A stretch of DNA of 64,000 nucleotides from Ptychomitrium polyphyllum (lineage: Eukaryota), in the NCBI GenBank assembly GCA_973851085.1, contig OZ316776.1, positions 3,720,001-3,784,000 of the forward strand. The letters are read 5' to 3'. Both the position numbers and the translations under genes were made by a program. Below the pieces are notes generated by a model. It saw only the letters and a list, made by a program, of their open reading frames with translations, had not been told where the DNA came from and did not search any database. Numbering within the stretch: position 1 is the stretch's first letter; every line of letters begins with the position of its first letter. Shown in pieces: positions 63,101-64,000 of this stretch.

Positions 63101-63300
63101 TTAAATTATGTAATCTAATTAAAATCTTTAAGCAATATAGAATACATAATGGAGTATATAAAACAAAATCTTCATTGATCTTGTTTTTCCATCACACTTT
63201 ATAAGGTAGAAACTATTCATAAAAAATCTAATAATCAAATTATATGTTTTATAACTTTTGTTACATTCATTGACTTAGTCGACTAATGGGTGAAATAAAG
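60150..63300. mobile_element. Extremely AT-rich decayed intergenic/transposon block
   Basis: No ORF in the supplied track over ~3 kb and near absence of CpG; no diagnostic domain recognised. Confidence 0.35.
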
Positions 63301-64000
63301 TTGGATGATTTAGATGAAACACAAGCATAACAATGAATGATAATAAACAACCTTGTTGCTAAAGCTTTTAGTTTAGAGTTGCCTTGTTTGAGTGCCTCTA
63401 CAACCTACCCCATGTTAGCTTTAAGTGTCATATTTGGGTATGCTCCCCTATGTGCTGTGCTTTCCATTCAGATCATTGGAAAGCATTCATTCCTCTTTGA
63501 AGATATAGGTGGGGATGCTCATTCATTCCAATGGAACTCCCTTAGGTCCTACGTATACCATATGGCCAAGGGTATCTTTCACATTGTCTTGCAAACTGAA
63601 CAATGAGGCCATTCCTGCAGGTCTTCTTGATACCTGTACTCTACTATTCTCCTGCCTAGCCTGCAGCCCAGTAACATGACATTCTTTATCAAGGCAACAG
63701 GTCATTTGTGACATCAAAGAGATTGAGCCCCTTTACTCCCTATTTAATTTAATCTATTGTAGCACTGGAGCAAATACTACCGCTAGCTTGTTGTCAAAAG
63801 ATGGGGTTCCCCATTGTTAAAGGATGTTATGAACATACCATAGTGTCAAGCTGGTTCAAAGTGCAAAAGAAATAAATAGAGTCTTTTAAAAATTACAAGG
63901 TTAACCATCGAATGTAACAAAACTTACATTTCGATCAAAATGATAATTTATGTTTCAAGAGAATTGCCTACAAGTACATATGAAAATCTGTAAACAAAGA

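Noticed and set aside
63337..63717. Cytochrome P450-like reading (ExxR/YPW) of the terminal fragment
   Set aside because: No PERF or heme-Cys motif; the similarity is too short to support.

Overview
Eukaryotic nuclear DNA from a land plant, most likely a moss of the Physcomitrium type. This is inferred from the gene set, the intron style and the alternation of gene islands with very AT-rich decayed intergenic blocks. Nine spliced or intronless protein genes are supported: a STELLO/DUF288 glycosyltransferase-like gene (runs off the left edge), an OZ/VAR3-family RanBP2 zinc-finger gene with an RGG tail, a TcdA/ThiF tRNA ct6A dehydratase, an intronless conserved plant gene that looks like a catalytically dead ApgM-type phosphoglycerate mutase, a BAR-SH3 (SH3P) gene, a half-size ABCG transporter, GNA1, mitochondrial CcmE, and an uncharacterised protein with a PDZ-like C-terminus. 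The most interesting signals lie outside these genes: (i) a ~6.8 kb heavily decayed pseudogene at 24.3-31.1 kb whose fragments are colinear with the kinetochore corona protein ROD/KNTC1; (ii) a dispersed fold-back element family with an AAAACCGTC(A/G)C core sitting upstream of four genes; (iii) 11-bp-phased GATAC arrays in two promoters; (iv) an ~82-bp-stem hairpin in a GNA1 intron; (v) weaker Dof-like and NLR-like gene relics and a probable solo LTR. All family assignments come from manual translation and recalled motifs, not from database searches.
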